This document shows positions 52,554-62,025 of a stretch of DNA of 64,000 nt, in pieces; the first letter of the stretch is position 1, and every line of letters starts with the position of its first letter. Below the pieces are notes generated by a model. The model had not been told where the DNA came from and searched no databases. It worked only from the letters and a program-made list of their open reading frames with translations. The DNA lies in contig JBIJDH010000014.1 of NCBI GenBank assembly GCA_044344255.1, positions 96,001 through 160,000 on the forward strand, read 5' to 3'. The position numbers were made by a program, and so were the translations under genes. The stretch is from Myxococcota bacterium. GTDB taxonomy: Bacteria; Myxococcota_A; UBA796; UBA2385.

Positions 52554-54056
52554 ATGCTCGCCCGATCTCTCTCTGTGACTGGCCTCCTGCTGATCGGCCT
52601 CTCGTTCGGCCTCCTGCAGGGCGGCCTGGCCCACGCCGGGCCCGTCGAGACCGCCGAAGAGCTGCTCGAACGCGGGGAGCTGCCGACGGCCTACGCGCTG
52701 CTCGAGGCGCGCACCCGCGAGGTCCAGAGCGACGTGGCGGCGGCTGAGCTCTTCATCGACCTCATGGGGACGCTCTCCCGCGGCACCGAGGCCGAGCAGA
52801 TCTACCTCCAGCGCGCGCAGTCGAGGCCCTCCGCCGACGCCTGGTACCTCGCGGCGCGGGCCACGATGGAGCCCACCACCGCGGCGCAGCGCTACCAGGC
52901 GGCCCTCCAGCTCGAGCCGGAGCACGCCCGCGCCTGGATGGGCATGGGGGCGGTGCAGCGCTCCAAGCGCAGCTTCATCTCCGCCACCGAGTCGTATGGC
53001 CGCGCGGTCGCCCGAGATCCCGCCCTGGCCGAGGCCTGGACCGGCCTCATCGCCACGTGGCGGAGCCAAGGGGACCGCGACCAGGCCCTCGCCACCGCAC
53101 GCCGCGCCGTAGCGGCCGCCCCCCGCAACCGCAGCGCCTGGCTGACGATCGCGGAGCTGGCCCCCGGAGAGGCGGTGATCACCCTCGAGAAGGCCTCGGT
53201 CTTCCACCCCACTGACGGCCTCGTGCAGATGAACCTCGCCCGGGCCTGCTTCTCGGCCGAGCGCTGGGCAGAGGCCGCGGCTGCGTACCGCCGCGCCAGC
53301 CAGGCCCGCCCCGACGACGCCGACGTCCGCACGGAGGCCGCCCTGGTGGACGAGGTGCGGTCGGGCCTCCTCCAGGGCGCGGCGGCCAAGGGCCTCCTCG
53401 AGGTCCGCTCCACCATCGGCCGGGACCCCGCCGGCACGCTCCAGCGCCTCGACGCCATCGTGAAGGGCAACCCCCGCTCGGGCTGGGCCCTCCTCGTGCG
53501 GGGCAACGTGCGACAGGCGCGCGGGCAGCTCCCCGGCGCCGAGGAGGACCTCCGCGCCGCCCTCGACCGCATGCCCGGGAGCGCAGACGTGGCCGGAGCC
53601 CTCGGCGGCTTCCTCCTCGGACAGCGCCGCCCCCTCGAGGCCCGCACCTGGCTCGCCCAGGCCGCCTCTGCCCGCCCCGACGACGTGAACCTCGTCGTCG
53701 GCCTCGCCCTCGCCACCGCGGAGTCCGGCGATGTCCCCACCGCCGAGGCCGGGCTCCGCGCGGCCATCCGGAGCTTCCCGGGCAGCGCCTCGCCACCCCT
53801 CGCCCTCTCCCGCCTCCTCCTCAAGAAGGGCGATCCCCAGGGCGCCCTCAGCGTGCTGGTCGACGCCCTCGAGCGGCACCCGGACCCCGGGGTCGCCGCG
53901 GCCCTCGCGTCCACCGCGACCCGGCTCGGGAGGGTCGAAGAGGCGGCCCTCCTGCTCGAGGCGACCACCCGCAAGACCGGCGACCCGCGCTACGCCAAGG
54001 CTGCGGCCACCCTCCGGGAGTCGTGGAACAAAGCCGCTAGTTCAAAGGCGCCATGA
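52554..54056 (+). CDS. Exported tetratricopeptide repeat protein
   Basis: Signal peptide; many A..LEP..ARAW..G-type repeats. Confidence 0.85.
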   Translation: MLARSLSVTGLLLIGLSFGLLQGGLAHAGPVETAEELLERGELPTAYALLEARTREVQSDVAAAELFIDLMGTLSRGTEAEQIYLQRAQSRPSADAWYLAARATMEPTTAAQRYQAALQLEPEHARAWMGMGAVQRSKRSFISATESYGRAVARDPALAEAWTGLIATWRSQGDRDQALATARRAVAAAPRNRSAWLTIAELAPGEAVITLEKASVFHPTDGLVQMNLARACFSAERWAEAAAAYRRASQARPDDADVRTEAALVDEVRSGLLQGAAAKGLLEVRSTIGRDPAGTLQRLDAIVKGNPRSGWALLVRGNVRQARGQLPGAEEDLRAALDRMPGSADVAGALGGFLLGQRRPLEARTWLAQAASARPDDVNLVVGLALATAESGDVPTAEAGLRAAIRSFPGSASPPLALSRLLLKKGDPQGALSVLVDALERHPDPGVAAALASTATRLGRVEEAALLLEATTRKTGDPRYAKAAATLRESWNKAASSKAP

Positions 54057-54290
54057 ACTATCTTGAAGTAATTCGTCACATTGCTGTTGCACAAATTGGG
54101 GGTGCGTAGTTACTTTCGCAGTGCTTCCCGGTGGCGGCTGTAAACCACCTGTTCCACGAAAGCGCAGAGTGTCCCTGGCTGGCGGCTCCGCTGCCCTCCT
54201 CCGGCTCCTGCACCCGTAGAGCTCCCTGCCGCTGTTCCGCGCCTCGGGTCGTTCCCAAACAACCCCCGACTCCTCCGAGACCGCCGGCTG

Positions 54291-54992
54291 ATGACCGTAC
54301 TGTTGATCCTGGCCAGCCTCATTTCCGCGGCGAGCGCCCAGAAGAAGGGCCCTGACCTCGACGCGGAAGCACCCCAGATCTCCGATAGCGCGGAACCCCG
54401 CTTCGACGACACCGGCCTTGACTCCCTCTCCCGCTGTGACGCCCAGCGCCTGAGCGACCCCGTTCAGCTCCCCTGGATGCCCGAGCTCTTCGTCCGCTAC
54501 AACCCGAGCTCCACCTGGGGCACCCAAGCGATGGTCGACACCATCGTCAGCGCGGCCCAAGAGGTCGCCTGGCTCCTCCCCGACGCTGACCCCTTCCTCG
54601 TCGGCGACATCTCGCAGGAGCGCGGCGGCAACTTCCCAGGGCACAAGTCTCACCGCTCCGGTATCGACGCCGACATCGGCCTCTATGCCGCGAAGGGCAA
54701 GCAGAGCCCGAAGGGCTTTCGCAACTTCACCCCGAGCGAGCTCGACCTCGAGGCCAACTGGCTGCTCATCCGCTCCTTCCTCTCTACGGGTGAGGTCGAC
54801 CGCATCCTGCTCGACCAGAGCTTGATCAACGCCCTCCGGCGGTACACGATCAGCTCGGGAGAGCTCTCCCTCGCCGAGGCCGACGCCATCTTCCCCCTCC
54901 CCGGCACGGCCAAGCGCTGGGAGCTCTCGGGCGTGGTCCAGCACACGGTGGGCCACAAGAACCACATGCACATCCGGCTGCGCTGCGAGTAG
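54291..54992 (+). CDS. mepA: Penicillin-insensitive murein endopeptidase (MepA family)
   Basis: WGT, VGDIS..RGG...GHKSHRSGIDADI, GHKNHMHIR (LAS-type Zn ligands). Confidence 0.85.
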   Translation: MTVLLILASLISAASAQKKGPDLDAEAPQISDSAEPRFDDTGLDSLSRCDAQRLSDPVQLPWMPELFVRYNPSSTWGTQAMVDTIVSAAQEVAWLLPDADPFLVGDISQERGGNFPGHKSHRSGIDADIGLYAAKGKQSPKGFRNFTPSELDLEANWLLIRSFLSTGEVDRILLDQSLINALRRYTISSGELSLAEADAIFPLPGTAKRWELSGVVQHTVGHKNHMHIRLRCE

Positions 54993-55015
54993 GCGGGGCC
55001 GGGCCTGGAGAGGCC

Positions 55016-56005
55016 ATGCGGGTCCCGCCAACAGCGCCGCATGTCGCCTCCCTCGGCCTCTGGTTGATCTTCGGCGCCTCGAGCGCCTGGGGACAGGCGC
55101 CACCGCCCGTGGTCAACGGCAGCCCCACCGACGAGGCGCCCGGCGTCGGCGCCCTCTTCACCTGTGACGGGGCCCGCTGTGAGCTCCTCTGCTCGGGGGA
55201 GCTCATCGAGCCCCGCTGGGTGCTGACGGCGGGGCACTGCGTCGGGCCGCTGCTCGACGGCATCCGCGAGGGGCGGTCGGCCTGGTTCGGGGTCGGCAGC
55301 GACCTCACCCGGCTCTCGGAGTCCGTCGGTGTGCGGGGCGCCACGGCGCACCCCGGCTACCGCTTCGGCGAGGCCGGGGTGGCCCACGACGTCGGTCTGG
55401 TCGAGCTCGACGCCGCGATTGAGCTCGCGCCCGTCTTCCGGCTCGAGGCCCTCACCCCCACCGCAGACTGGACCGAGACCGACCTGCTCTGGGTGGGCTG
55501 GGGCACCACCGGCGACGGGCGCTCCGACGCCGGCGCCCGCCGCGCAGTCGAGATGCCGCTCATCGCCTGGGACGACCAGCTCCTCTACGCGTGGGACGTC
55601 GAAGACCGACAGAACCTCTGCGAGGGCGACTCGGGCGGCGCCGTCCTCCGCGCCGATCCGGACGGCGAGCTGGTGCTCGTCGGCGTCAGCTCCTTCGTCT
55701 TCGGTGACGACCCCGACACGCTCTGCGAGAGCGGAGGAGCCGCCGCCACCCGCCTCGACCAGCAGCTCTCCTGGATTGAGCCCCTCCTGGCCGAGGCGGG
55801 CTCGGAGACCGGGGAGCCCCAGGGCGGCGGCCTCACGGAGGGCGGAGGGGGCGAAGGTGCGGCCCCCTTCCAGCCAGAGCCGGAGGGGGGCTGCTCAACC
55901 CTCTCCCGAGCGCGGGGCCACGCCGAGCGCACAGCCCTGCTGCCCCTCTTCGGCCTGCTCTGCGCCCTCGGCGGGGCCCGGCGCCGCGCGGTCGGCGCTA
56001 CTTGA
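55016..56005 (+). CDS. Secreted trypsin-like (S1) serine protease with MYXO-CTERM-like tail
   Basis: VVNG, WVLTAGHC, HDVGL, CEGDSGG; C-terminal GGCS...hydrophobic...RRR. Confidence 0.9.
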   Translation: MRVPPTAPHVASLGLWLIFGASSAWGQAPPPVVNGSPTDEAPGVGALFTCDGARCELLCSGELIEPRWVLTAGHCVGPLLDGIREGRSAWFGVGSDLTRLSESVGVRGATAHPGYRFGEAGVAHDVGLVELDAAIELAPVFRLEALTPTADWTETDLLWVGWGTTGDGRSDAGARRAVEMPLIAWDDQLLYAWDVEDRQNLCEGDSGGAVLRADPDGELVLVGVSSFVFGDDPDTLCESGGAAATRLDQQLSWIEPLLAEAGSETGEPQGGGLTEGGGGEGAAPFQPEPEGGCSTLSRARGHAERTALLPLFGLLCALGGARRRAVGAT

Positions 56006-57065
56006 TCCGCACCGCCTGACAGAGGACGTCCACCCGCTCTGGCGCGGCGCCGCCGCAGGACTTGTCGCGGTACACGGTCACCACGTACTTGCCCGCCTTG
56101 CTGAAGGCATGATCGAAGCCCCAGGCGAGCTTCCCGCCCTCGTCGGCCACCGGTGCCCCCTTCTGCACCGGCTCGTACTGCACGAAGGTGTCCTGGGTAT
56201 AGGTACAGCCGGCCTCCGCCTTCGCGGTGATCTCACCCACGTAGCGGAAGGGCACGGCCGCGCCGACCCCCCAGTCGATCACCGACTCCCCGGGCTTGGC
56301 CGCGGCGCCGGGCGCGGAGAGGGCGACGAGGCTCTTGCTCTCCTTGCAGTGCTCGAAGACGAGCTCCTTGTCGGTGCGATTGAAGGCGGAGGTGCCGACG
56401 ATGTTCTCCATCTCTCGGACCTGACCGAAGGTCATGGTCTGGTACCGATCCGAGATGTTGATCCGGCACTTCTCGGTCTTGATCTTCACGTGGATCACAC
56501 CGCGGAGCTGGTTGTTCGGCTGGTTGAACATCAGCTTCATGTCCGCGAGCTCCTTCTCGGGGAGCTTCTTGACCTCCTCGAGCACCTTGTCGACCTCCTT
56601 CTGGGCCTCCTCCACCGAGGCTCCCGTGACGGCAGCCACCTCTGCGGCCGTGCACTCCTTGCCGTTGGCGATCAGGCTCCGGCAGAAGTCGCCGAGGCGC
56701 GGCGCGTCTTCGAGGCAGATGAGGCCGTCCTTCTCGGGGGCACAGCTGAACGTGTACATGTCGGTGAGCGCGCGGGCGTTGTACTTCACCTTGAGCGTGT
56801 CACCGTCTTTGAAGAAGCGGGCGCGGGCGAGGAGGTCATCCTCCTTCCCATTAGCGCCGTCGATCTCGCGGATGAACGCCTTCTCGGGGAGGGTCTCCGG
56901 GGTGAGGTCACAGGCTGGCTTGGCCTCAGCCTCCGCCTTCTTCTTGGCCTCTTCCTCGGCCCGCTTGTTCGTGCAGGCGCCGAGGACGGTCAGGGCGAGG
57001 AGCCCGCCCATCAGCCCGAGGCGCGGGAGAGGAGCGGGGAGAGACAAGTTCGGCCGTGCAGACAT
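55998..57065 (-). CDS. Hypothetical Cys-containing lipoprotein downstream of aglS
   Basis: VLGAC lipobox; about ten Cys; GGAG SD; TGcTATACT extended -10 upstream. Confidence 0.75.
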   Translation of the reverse strand: MSARPNLSLPAPLPRLGLMGGLLALTVLGACTNKRAEEEAKKKAEAEAKPACDLTPETLPEKAFIREIDGANGKEDDLLARARFFKDGDTLKVKYNARALTDMYTFSCAPEKDGLICLEDAPRLGDFCRSLIANGKECTAAEVAAVTGASVEEAQKEVDKVLEEVKKLPEKELADMKLMFNQPNNQLRGVIHVKIKTEKCRINISDRYQTMTFGQVREMENIVGTSAFNRTDKELVFEHCKESKSLVALSAPGAAAKPGESVIDWGVGAAVPFRYVGEITAKAEAGCTYTQDTFVQYEPVQKGAPVADEGGKLAWGFDHAFSKAGKYVVTVYRDKSCGGAAPERVDVLCQAVRIK

Positions 57066-57128
57066 GAGGAACCTCCGGGGGAGCAGCGGCGCGAGTATAG
57101 CAAAGATCGGGATGTCGGAGATGGACGC

Positions 57129-57159
57129 AAAAAAACCGGCGGGAGGCCGCCGGTTCTTT
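57129..57159 (-). terminator. Intrinsic terminator of the aglRQS-like operon
   Basis: aaccggcgg-gagg-ccgccggtt stem with a T7 tract on the minus strand. Confidence 0.85.
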
Positions 57160-57176
57160 GGGGGACGAGGCTAAGA

Positions 57177-57785
57177 TCAGCCGCCGCCGCCCTCCGCGCC
57201 CTCTGCGCCCTCGCCCTCTGCCGGTTTGAGGGACGAGGACTCGTCCTTCACGGCGAAGTTGACGTGGGCCCAGCCCGCTGAGTTCATCGAGAAGATGACC
57301 TTGCGGACGAGGAGGAAGTCGGTGGTCTTGTCCGCCTGAACGATGATGTGACCGTCGAAGGCCTTGGTGGGGTCCCGGGGCTTGCCCAGGCGCTCCGCCA
57401 GCTTCTCCTCACGCTCCCGAACCGCCTTCAGCTGCTCGGTGAGCTCAGGGATGCCTTGCTCGGCTTCGTCCAGCTTGTCCTGGGTCGCGACCTCCTTGCC
57501 TTCAACCAACACCGTGCCCTGAAAAAGGGTGATCACGGGGCCGGTCTCGGCGAGGAGCTCGGCCTTCTTCGCGCCCGGCATCACGAGATCTTTCTGCGTG
57601 ATGTTGAGCTCGCCGGAGGCGGCGAAGCTCTGCAGGAGGAAGATGACGATAACCGTGAACATGTCCACCATGGCGGTCAGGTTCAACGAGATCATGCCGC
57701 TCTTCTTGCCGTGGCTGAAGGGCCCGCTGCGCAGCTTGCCCATCGGCTTCAGGAAGTGCCGCCTCTGAGGGACGGAAACAGGCAT
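57177..57785 (-). CDS. aglS: ExbD/TolR family protein, AglS-like
   Basis: Basic N-terminal extension, LNLTAMVDMFTVIVIFLLQSFAASGE, IIVQADK, VNFAV; second ExbD of a TolQ-TolR-TolR triad. Confidence 0.7.
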   Translation of the reverse strand: MPVSVPQRRHFLKPMGKLRSGPFSHGKKSGMISLNLTAMVDMFTVIVIFLLQSFAASGELNITQKDLVMPGAKKAELLAETGPVITLFQGTVLVEGKEVATQDKLDEAEQGIPELTEQLKAVREREEKLAERLGKPRDPTKAFDGHIIVQADKTTDFLLVRKVIFSMNSAGWAHVNFAVKDESSSLKPAEGEGAEGAEGGGG

Positions 57786-57794
57786 TGGACCTCC

Positions 57795-58331
57795 TCAGCC
57801 GCCGGCCGGAGCGGGGGCTCCGGGCACGGGGGTGCTGAGCTTCATGTTGGTGCTGGCGGGGCCCCCGCCGAGGAGGGTCTTGTCGAAGCCGTGAATACGA
57901 GAGATGTCCAAGGAGTGGATCATGTGCTCGTAGGTCACGCCGTCGTCGGTCACGATGACCACCTGCTTCTCTTCCGGGTTGGTCTCGCGGTCGGTCTTGA
58001 CGACCTCCTCGATCGCGACCCAGTCATACTCACCTTCACCGATCGAGGGGAAGTTCTTCATCTCCTCGATCTTCCGCAGCACCGCCACACCGTCTGCCCG
58101 GATGTGGATGGTGAGCGGCGGCAGAGGCGGCTTGTCAGGAGGAGTTTCCTCGGTGTTCGGCTGCGAGATCTCCTGGTCCACGTTCATCGAGCTCATCTGC
58201 AGCCAGACGGCCGTGGAGATGAGGAAGGTGATGATCGCGGAGAGGAGGTCGATGAAGGGCACGAGGTTCAAATCGAAGTTCTTCGACTTGCCTCTCCCGC
58301 CCTTCCCGCCGGTATCGACGGAGACACCCAT
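57795..58331 (-). CDS. aglQ: ExbD/TolR family protein, AglQ-like
   Basis: MGVSVDTGGKGG..LNLVPFIDLLS..FLISTAVW; DDGVTYE..I..LD. Confidence 0.7.
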   Translation of the reverse strand: MGVSVDTGGKGGRGKSKNFDLNLVPFIDLLSAIITFLISTAVWLQMSSMNVDQEISQPNTEETPPDKPPLPPLTIHIRADGVAVLRKIEEMKNFPSIGEGEYDWVAIEEVVKTDRETNPEEKQVVIVTDDGVTYEHMIHSLDISRIHGFDKTLLGGGPASTNMKLSTPVPGAPAPAGG

Positions 58332-58362
58332 GGTTCACCTCAGCAGCTTGAAGGGGCCGAAA

Positions 58363-59040
58363 TCACTTGGCCTGGGCGCCTGCGCCTTCCATCTCTTCCT
58401 GGCCCTTGAAGAGCCGACGATTGGCGAGGACGAGGTTCATCTCGGTCACGACGGACTCGTTGATCGCGTCGGTGATGTGCTGAACCTTGGACTGCAGCCA
58501 GCCGAAGATGAAGAGCGCCGGGATGGCCGTGGCCAGACCGAAGGCGGTGCAGTTCATGGCCTCGGAGATACCGCCGGCGAGGATGGTCGCCTTCTGGGAG
58601 GCGTCCACGTGGGCCACGGCCTCGAAGCACTTGATCATGCCTTCGATGGTGCCGAGGAGGCCGAGGAGGGTCGCGCCGTTCGAGAGCACGGCGAGGAAGC
58701 CCACGCGCTTCTCGATATCGGGGACCTCACGGAGGCTCGCCTCGTCGAGGGCGGCCTGCACTTCGAGATCATCGCGGTGCGCCTTGAGGAGGCCGGCCTT
58801 GAGGATGCGGGAGATGGGGCCCTGCTTCTGGCTGTTGATGAAGCGGATGGCACCGTTGAGGTCGCCGCGGAGCACGTGGTTGTTCAGCCCCTTGAGGAGG
58901 GCCGACTTGTCTTCCCGCACGGTGACGTAGAGGAAGAAGACGCGCTCGACCGTGATGGACACCACCAGGATTCCGCAGATCAGGATGGGGTACATCCAGA
59001 TACCGCCGCCCTCAAACGCCTTTTGCATCGCTTCGAACAT
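58363..59040 (-). CDS. aglR: MotA/TolQ/ExbB proton-channel protein, AglR-like
   Basis: GGIWMYPI..VER, ATLLGLLGTIEGMI..F, LAGGISEAMNCTAFGL..AIP. Confidence 0.75.
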   Translation of the reverse strand: MFEAMQKAFEGGGIWMYPILICGILVVSITVERVFFLYVTVREDKSALLKGLNNHVLRGDLNGAIRFINSQKQGPISRILKAGLLKAHRDDLEVQAALDEASLREVPDIEKRVGFLAVLSNGATLLGLLGTIEGMIKCFEAVAHVDASQKATILAGGISEAMNCTAFGLATAIPALFIFGWLQSKVQHITDAINESVVTEMNLVLANRRLFKGQEEMEGAGAQAK

Positions 59041-59182
59041 CGGGACTCCATCCGGGCGCGGGGCCCGTGTCGTTTCATTGCCGGACACGAATGAGCTTGA
59101 TGATGCGGGAAAGGACTCTGCCGGTGGGTCTGCGGTTTGCAAAAACCTTCCGGGCTCTGCAAGTCGATGGGAGAACCACCGC

Positions 59183-59224
59183 TTGATCTCACCGGGTTGA
59201 TCTCACCGGGTTGATCTCACAGGG
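59183..59224. repeat. 14-bp tandem repeat ttgatctcac(c/a)ggg x3 upstream of the aglR-like gene
   Basis: Directly visible. Confidence 0.9.
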
Positions 59225-59530
59225 AGCTCGAACCGACGCGATCCGCGCTGCCCAAGCACCCTCAGCGGCTGCCAGGGGTACCATGCGCTCCGACACCAGT
59301 CAATCCGAGCTTCCTCAGCGGCTTCGGGCGCCTACCGTGGCCGGGCCCCGCCAAGAGGGCGACGTACTCAAGATCAGCACGGCCGAAACGCCCCGATCGC
59401 CCGGAGCGGGGGCCTCGCAGGGCCGATCTCTGTTCTTGTGAGAAACGTGTGAGAAGGGCCCATTGGGGGCCCGATCCTCGCCGAAGACCGGCATCCACAC
59501 CCGGCGCGGCCGGCGCCCGTCCCACCGCGA

Positions 59531-60298
59531 TCACGGGGCCAATCCCGGCGCGGCGCCCTTGCGGACCCGAGCCTCGGGCAAGGAGAGCCCGAACCAAGTG
59601 CGGGGCTCGGCGGCCTGCTCGGCGAGCCAGGCCCGATCGCGGCGCTCGAAGTGCTCCACCGCGCAGGGGCTCCACAAGATCGGATCGCTCACCGACACAT
59701 CGCTCGCTGGCGTGGACGGCGGCTGATCGAGGGCCGCGACGAGCTCGCCCACCTCGTAGGTGAGCAGCACGCTCGTCTTGCAGCTCGTGTGGAGCTCCAC
59801 GATGTCGCGCCCCACTGCAAATGCGGCGTCGCTGTCACGGGTGGCGCGGGCGCCGAGGCGCGGCAGCTCTTCCAGGAGGGCTGTCGGATCGCGATCATCG
59901 GGCAGGTGGGTGATGCGGAGGACCACGGGGGCGAAGGCCCGCTGATCGGAGGGCTTCACCTCGACCCAGAGCTCCCACGAGATGTAGGTCAGCGCCTGGC
60001 AGCGCTGGATCATCTGCGCCCCCTCGGCGGCGAAGCGGGCGCTGAGCTCGGGGTCCCGCGCGGAGCGGATCGCGACGTCGCCCCCCGGCAAGGCGCTCGG
60101 GCAGAGCGGCCAGGCGGGAGCCGGGGGCCCATAGTGGAAGTCGAGCGTGGCCCCCTGGGGCCCGTAGTGGGCCTCGAGGCGATCGGCCCAGGTCTCGACG
60201 GCCGGGGGCATGCCCTCCGCCGCTCCGCGCGCGGGCTCCACGGCCCGGGCCCCCGCGCCGCCGACCAGGAGCAGACCGAGCAGGTACCGACGCGCCAC
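59531..60298 (-). CDS. Exported hypothetical protein
   Basis: Signal peptide-like N-terminus; starts 2 nt after the upstream stop. Confidence 0.6.
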   Translation of the reverse strand: MARRYLLGLLLVGGAGARAVEPARGAAEGMPPAVETWADRLEAHYGPQGATLDFHYGPPAPAWPLCPSALPGGDVAIRSARDPELSARFAAEGAQMIQRCQALTYISWELWVEVKPSDQRAFAPVVLRITHLPDDRDPTALLEELPRLGARATRDSDAAFAVGRDIVELHTSCKTSVLLTYEVGELVAALDQPPSTPASDVSVSDPILWSPCAVEHFERRDRAWLAEQAAEPRTWFGLSLPEARVRKGAAPGLAP

Positions 60299-60300
60299 CT

Positions 60301-61530
60301 TCAGCCCGCCGCCCGCGGCGGGGCCGGCGTCGCGATCGCCGGGCTCCAGCCCGCCAGGATGTCCTCGAGCAGGGAGAGCCGATCCTGGCCCCAGACGACG
60401 GGCTCGTCATCGACGATGAAGGACGGGGCCCCGAAGACCCCCGCGGCCACCGCGGCCTCGGTGTTGGCCCGCAGCCGATCCTTGACCGCCGGCTCGTTCG
60501 CCCGTTGCACGAGCGCAGGGTCGAGCCCCCCCTCGGTCAGCACCTCCGCCAGCACGGCGGGGTCGCCGATGTCTCGGCCCTGAGCCCAATAGGCCCGATA
60601 CATCGGGTGGATCGCCCGCGGCTCCAAGATGCTCACCCGCAGGGGGAGCACGGATCGGAGGGGGAAGTGGGCCGGGAAGCTGAAGTCGATCCCCCACCAG
60701 TCCGCCTGCTCGCCCAGATCGCGGGCCACCCAGGCCTGCTTCGCCTCCGGCAGCGTGAACAGCGGCACCTCCGGGGTGCCCACCGCCTTGAAGACCGCCC
60801 CGAGGAGCATCGGCACCCACTCGACCTCGCTGCCGTGCCGGCGGGCGATCGCCTCGACCTGGGTGGAGGCGATGTAGCTGAAGGGGCTCGAGAAGTCGTG
60901 GAAGACCCTCAAGCGACGGCCCGTGCGGTTGGAGAGGCGCACCATCGGCTCGACCCGGCGGCCCAGGAGCGCGGCCTCGAGGAGGTGGAGCCGATCCTGC
61001 CCCCACCAGAGCCGGTCACCGAGGCCGAAGGCCGGCACGCCGATCACCCCCGCCGCCGCGGCCGCCGCGGTGTTCTCCCGCAGGGCCCGCTTGGTGGACT
61101 CCTCGGTGAGGCGCTCGGGATCGATGCCATGGGCCCGCGCGAGGCCAGCGATGAGCTCGGCGGTGAGCTCAGCGCCCTCCGCCCAGTAGGCCTCGAAGAG
61201 CGCGTGCGTGAGCGCAGCGCGCGTGGCCCCCTCGGCGAGGGTGAGCAGGCGCATCGCGCTCACGGTGCGCTGTGGGTGGCTGGCCGGCCGACAAAACGGG
61301 AGGTCAGCCCGCGCGGTCTGCAAGGCGATGTCGCGCTCCCCGTGGGCGAACTTCGCGGGCCCCCACGCAGCGGCGGGGACGGCGGCCGTGCCCACCTCTT
61401 GAAAGATGCCGCCGAGCAGGATCGGGCGGAGCTCCACCTCGGCGCCCGTCGCGGCGGCGAGGCGCAGCAGACGGTGGTACCCGATCCGGGCATACGGGCA
61501 GACGACGTCGTAATAAAAGGCGATGCGCAT
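60301..61530 (-). CDS. Tandem 2-hydroxychromene-2-carboxylate isomerase / kappa-GST (DsbA-like) domains
   Basis: FYYDVVCPYA...GVIGVPAF..WWGQDRL, then FHDFSSPFSY...GVFGAPSF..VWGQDRL. Confidence 0.9.
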   Translation of the reverse strand: MRIAFYYDVVCPYARIGYHRLLRLAAATGAEVELRPILLGGIFQEVGTAAVPAAAWGPAKFAHGERDIALQTARADLPFCRPASHPQRTVSAMRLLTLAEGATRAALTHALFEAYWAEGAELTAELIAGLARAHGIDPERLTEESTKRALRENTAAAAAAGVIGVPAFGLGDRLWWGQDRLHLLEAALLGRRVEPMVRLSNRTGRRLRVFHDFSSPFSYIASTQVEAIARRHGSEVEWVPMLLGAVFKAVGTPEVPLFTLPEAKQAWVARDLGEQADWWGIDFSFPAHFPLRSVLPLRVSILEPRAIHPMYRAYWAQGRDIGDPAVLAEVLTEGGLDPALVQRANEPAVKDRLRANTEAAVAAGVFGAPSFIVDDEPVVWGQDRLSLLEDILAGWSPAIATPAPPRAAG

Positions 61531-61569
61531 CGGGTGACCCTAACCCCCTCTCCCCGCTGCCGGTGCACC

Positions 61570-62025
61570 ATGTTCCGACCCACCCCCGAGCGAGAGCAGG
61601 AAGGCGAAGAAGGCGACGGCGACGCGGTCAGCGAGGGCCCACCCGGCGCCAGCGGACACGATCCCCGCCTGAAGTCCGTGCGGGTGGACAAGTGGCTCTG
61701 GGCCGCCCGAATGTTCAAGACGCGGACGTCGGCGACGGAGTCCTGCGACGGTGGCCACGTCCGGGTGAACGAGGGTGGGGTGAAGCCCGCCCACGCGGTC
61801 AAGCTGGGCGACCGGGTCGAGGTGGTCACCCCGGGCGGCCTCCGGGTGCTCGAGGTGGTGGGCCTCGCCGAGAAGCGCGGTCCTGCCTCGGTCGCACGCA
61901 CGCTCTATGTCGATCACAGCCCGCCGCCGCCCCCGCGCACCCTGATGGCCAGCATCGAACGGGAGCACGGTCGCCTCGACCGCCGAGACCGTCGAGACGC
62001 CCAGCAGCTCCGGGGTCGCTGGTGA
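61570..62025 (+). CDS. hslR: S4-domain RNA-binding protein, Hsp15-like
   Basis: VRVDKWLWAARMFKTR..A...C.GG.V.VN, KRGPASVA..LY.D. Confidence 0.88.
   Translation: MFRPTPEREQEGEEGDGDAVSEGPPGASGHDPRLKSVRVDKWLWAARMFKTRTSATESCDGGHVRVNEGGVKPAHAVKLGDRVEVVTPGGLRVLEVVGLAEKRGPASVARTLYVDHSPPPPPRTLMASIEREHGRLDRRDRRDAQQLRGRW

Noticed and set aside
54133..54149. tRNA-Tyr-like anticodon arm ggcgg-CTGTAAA-ccacc
   Set aside because: No D arm, T arm or acceptor stem around it.
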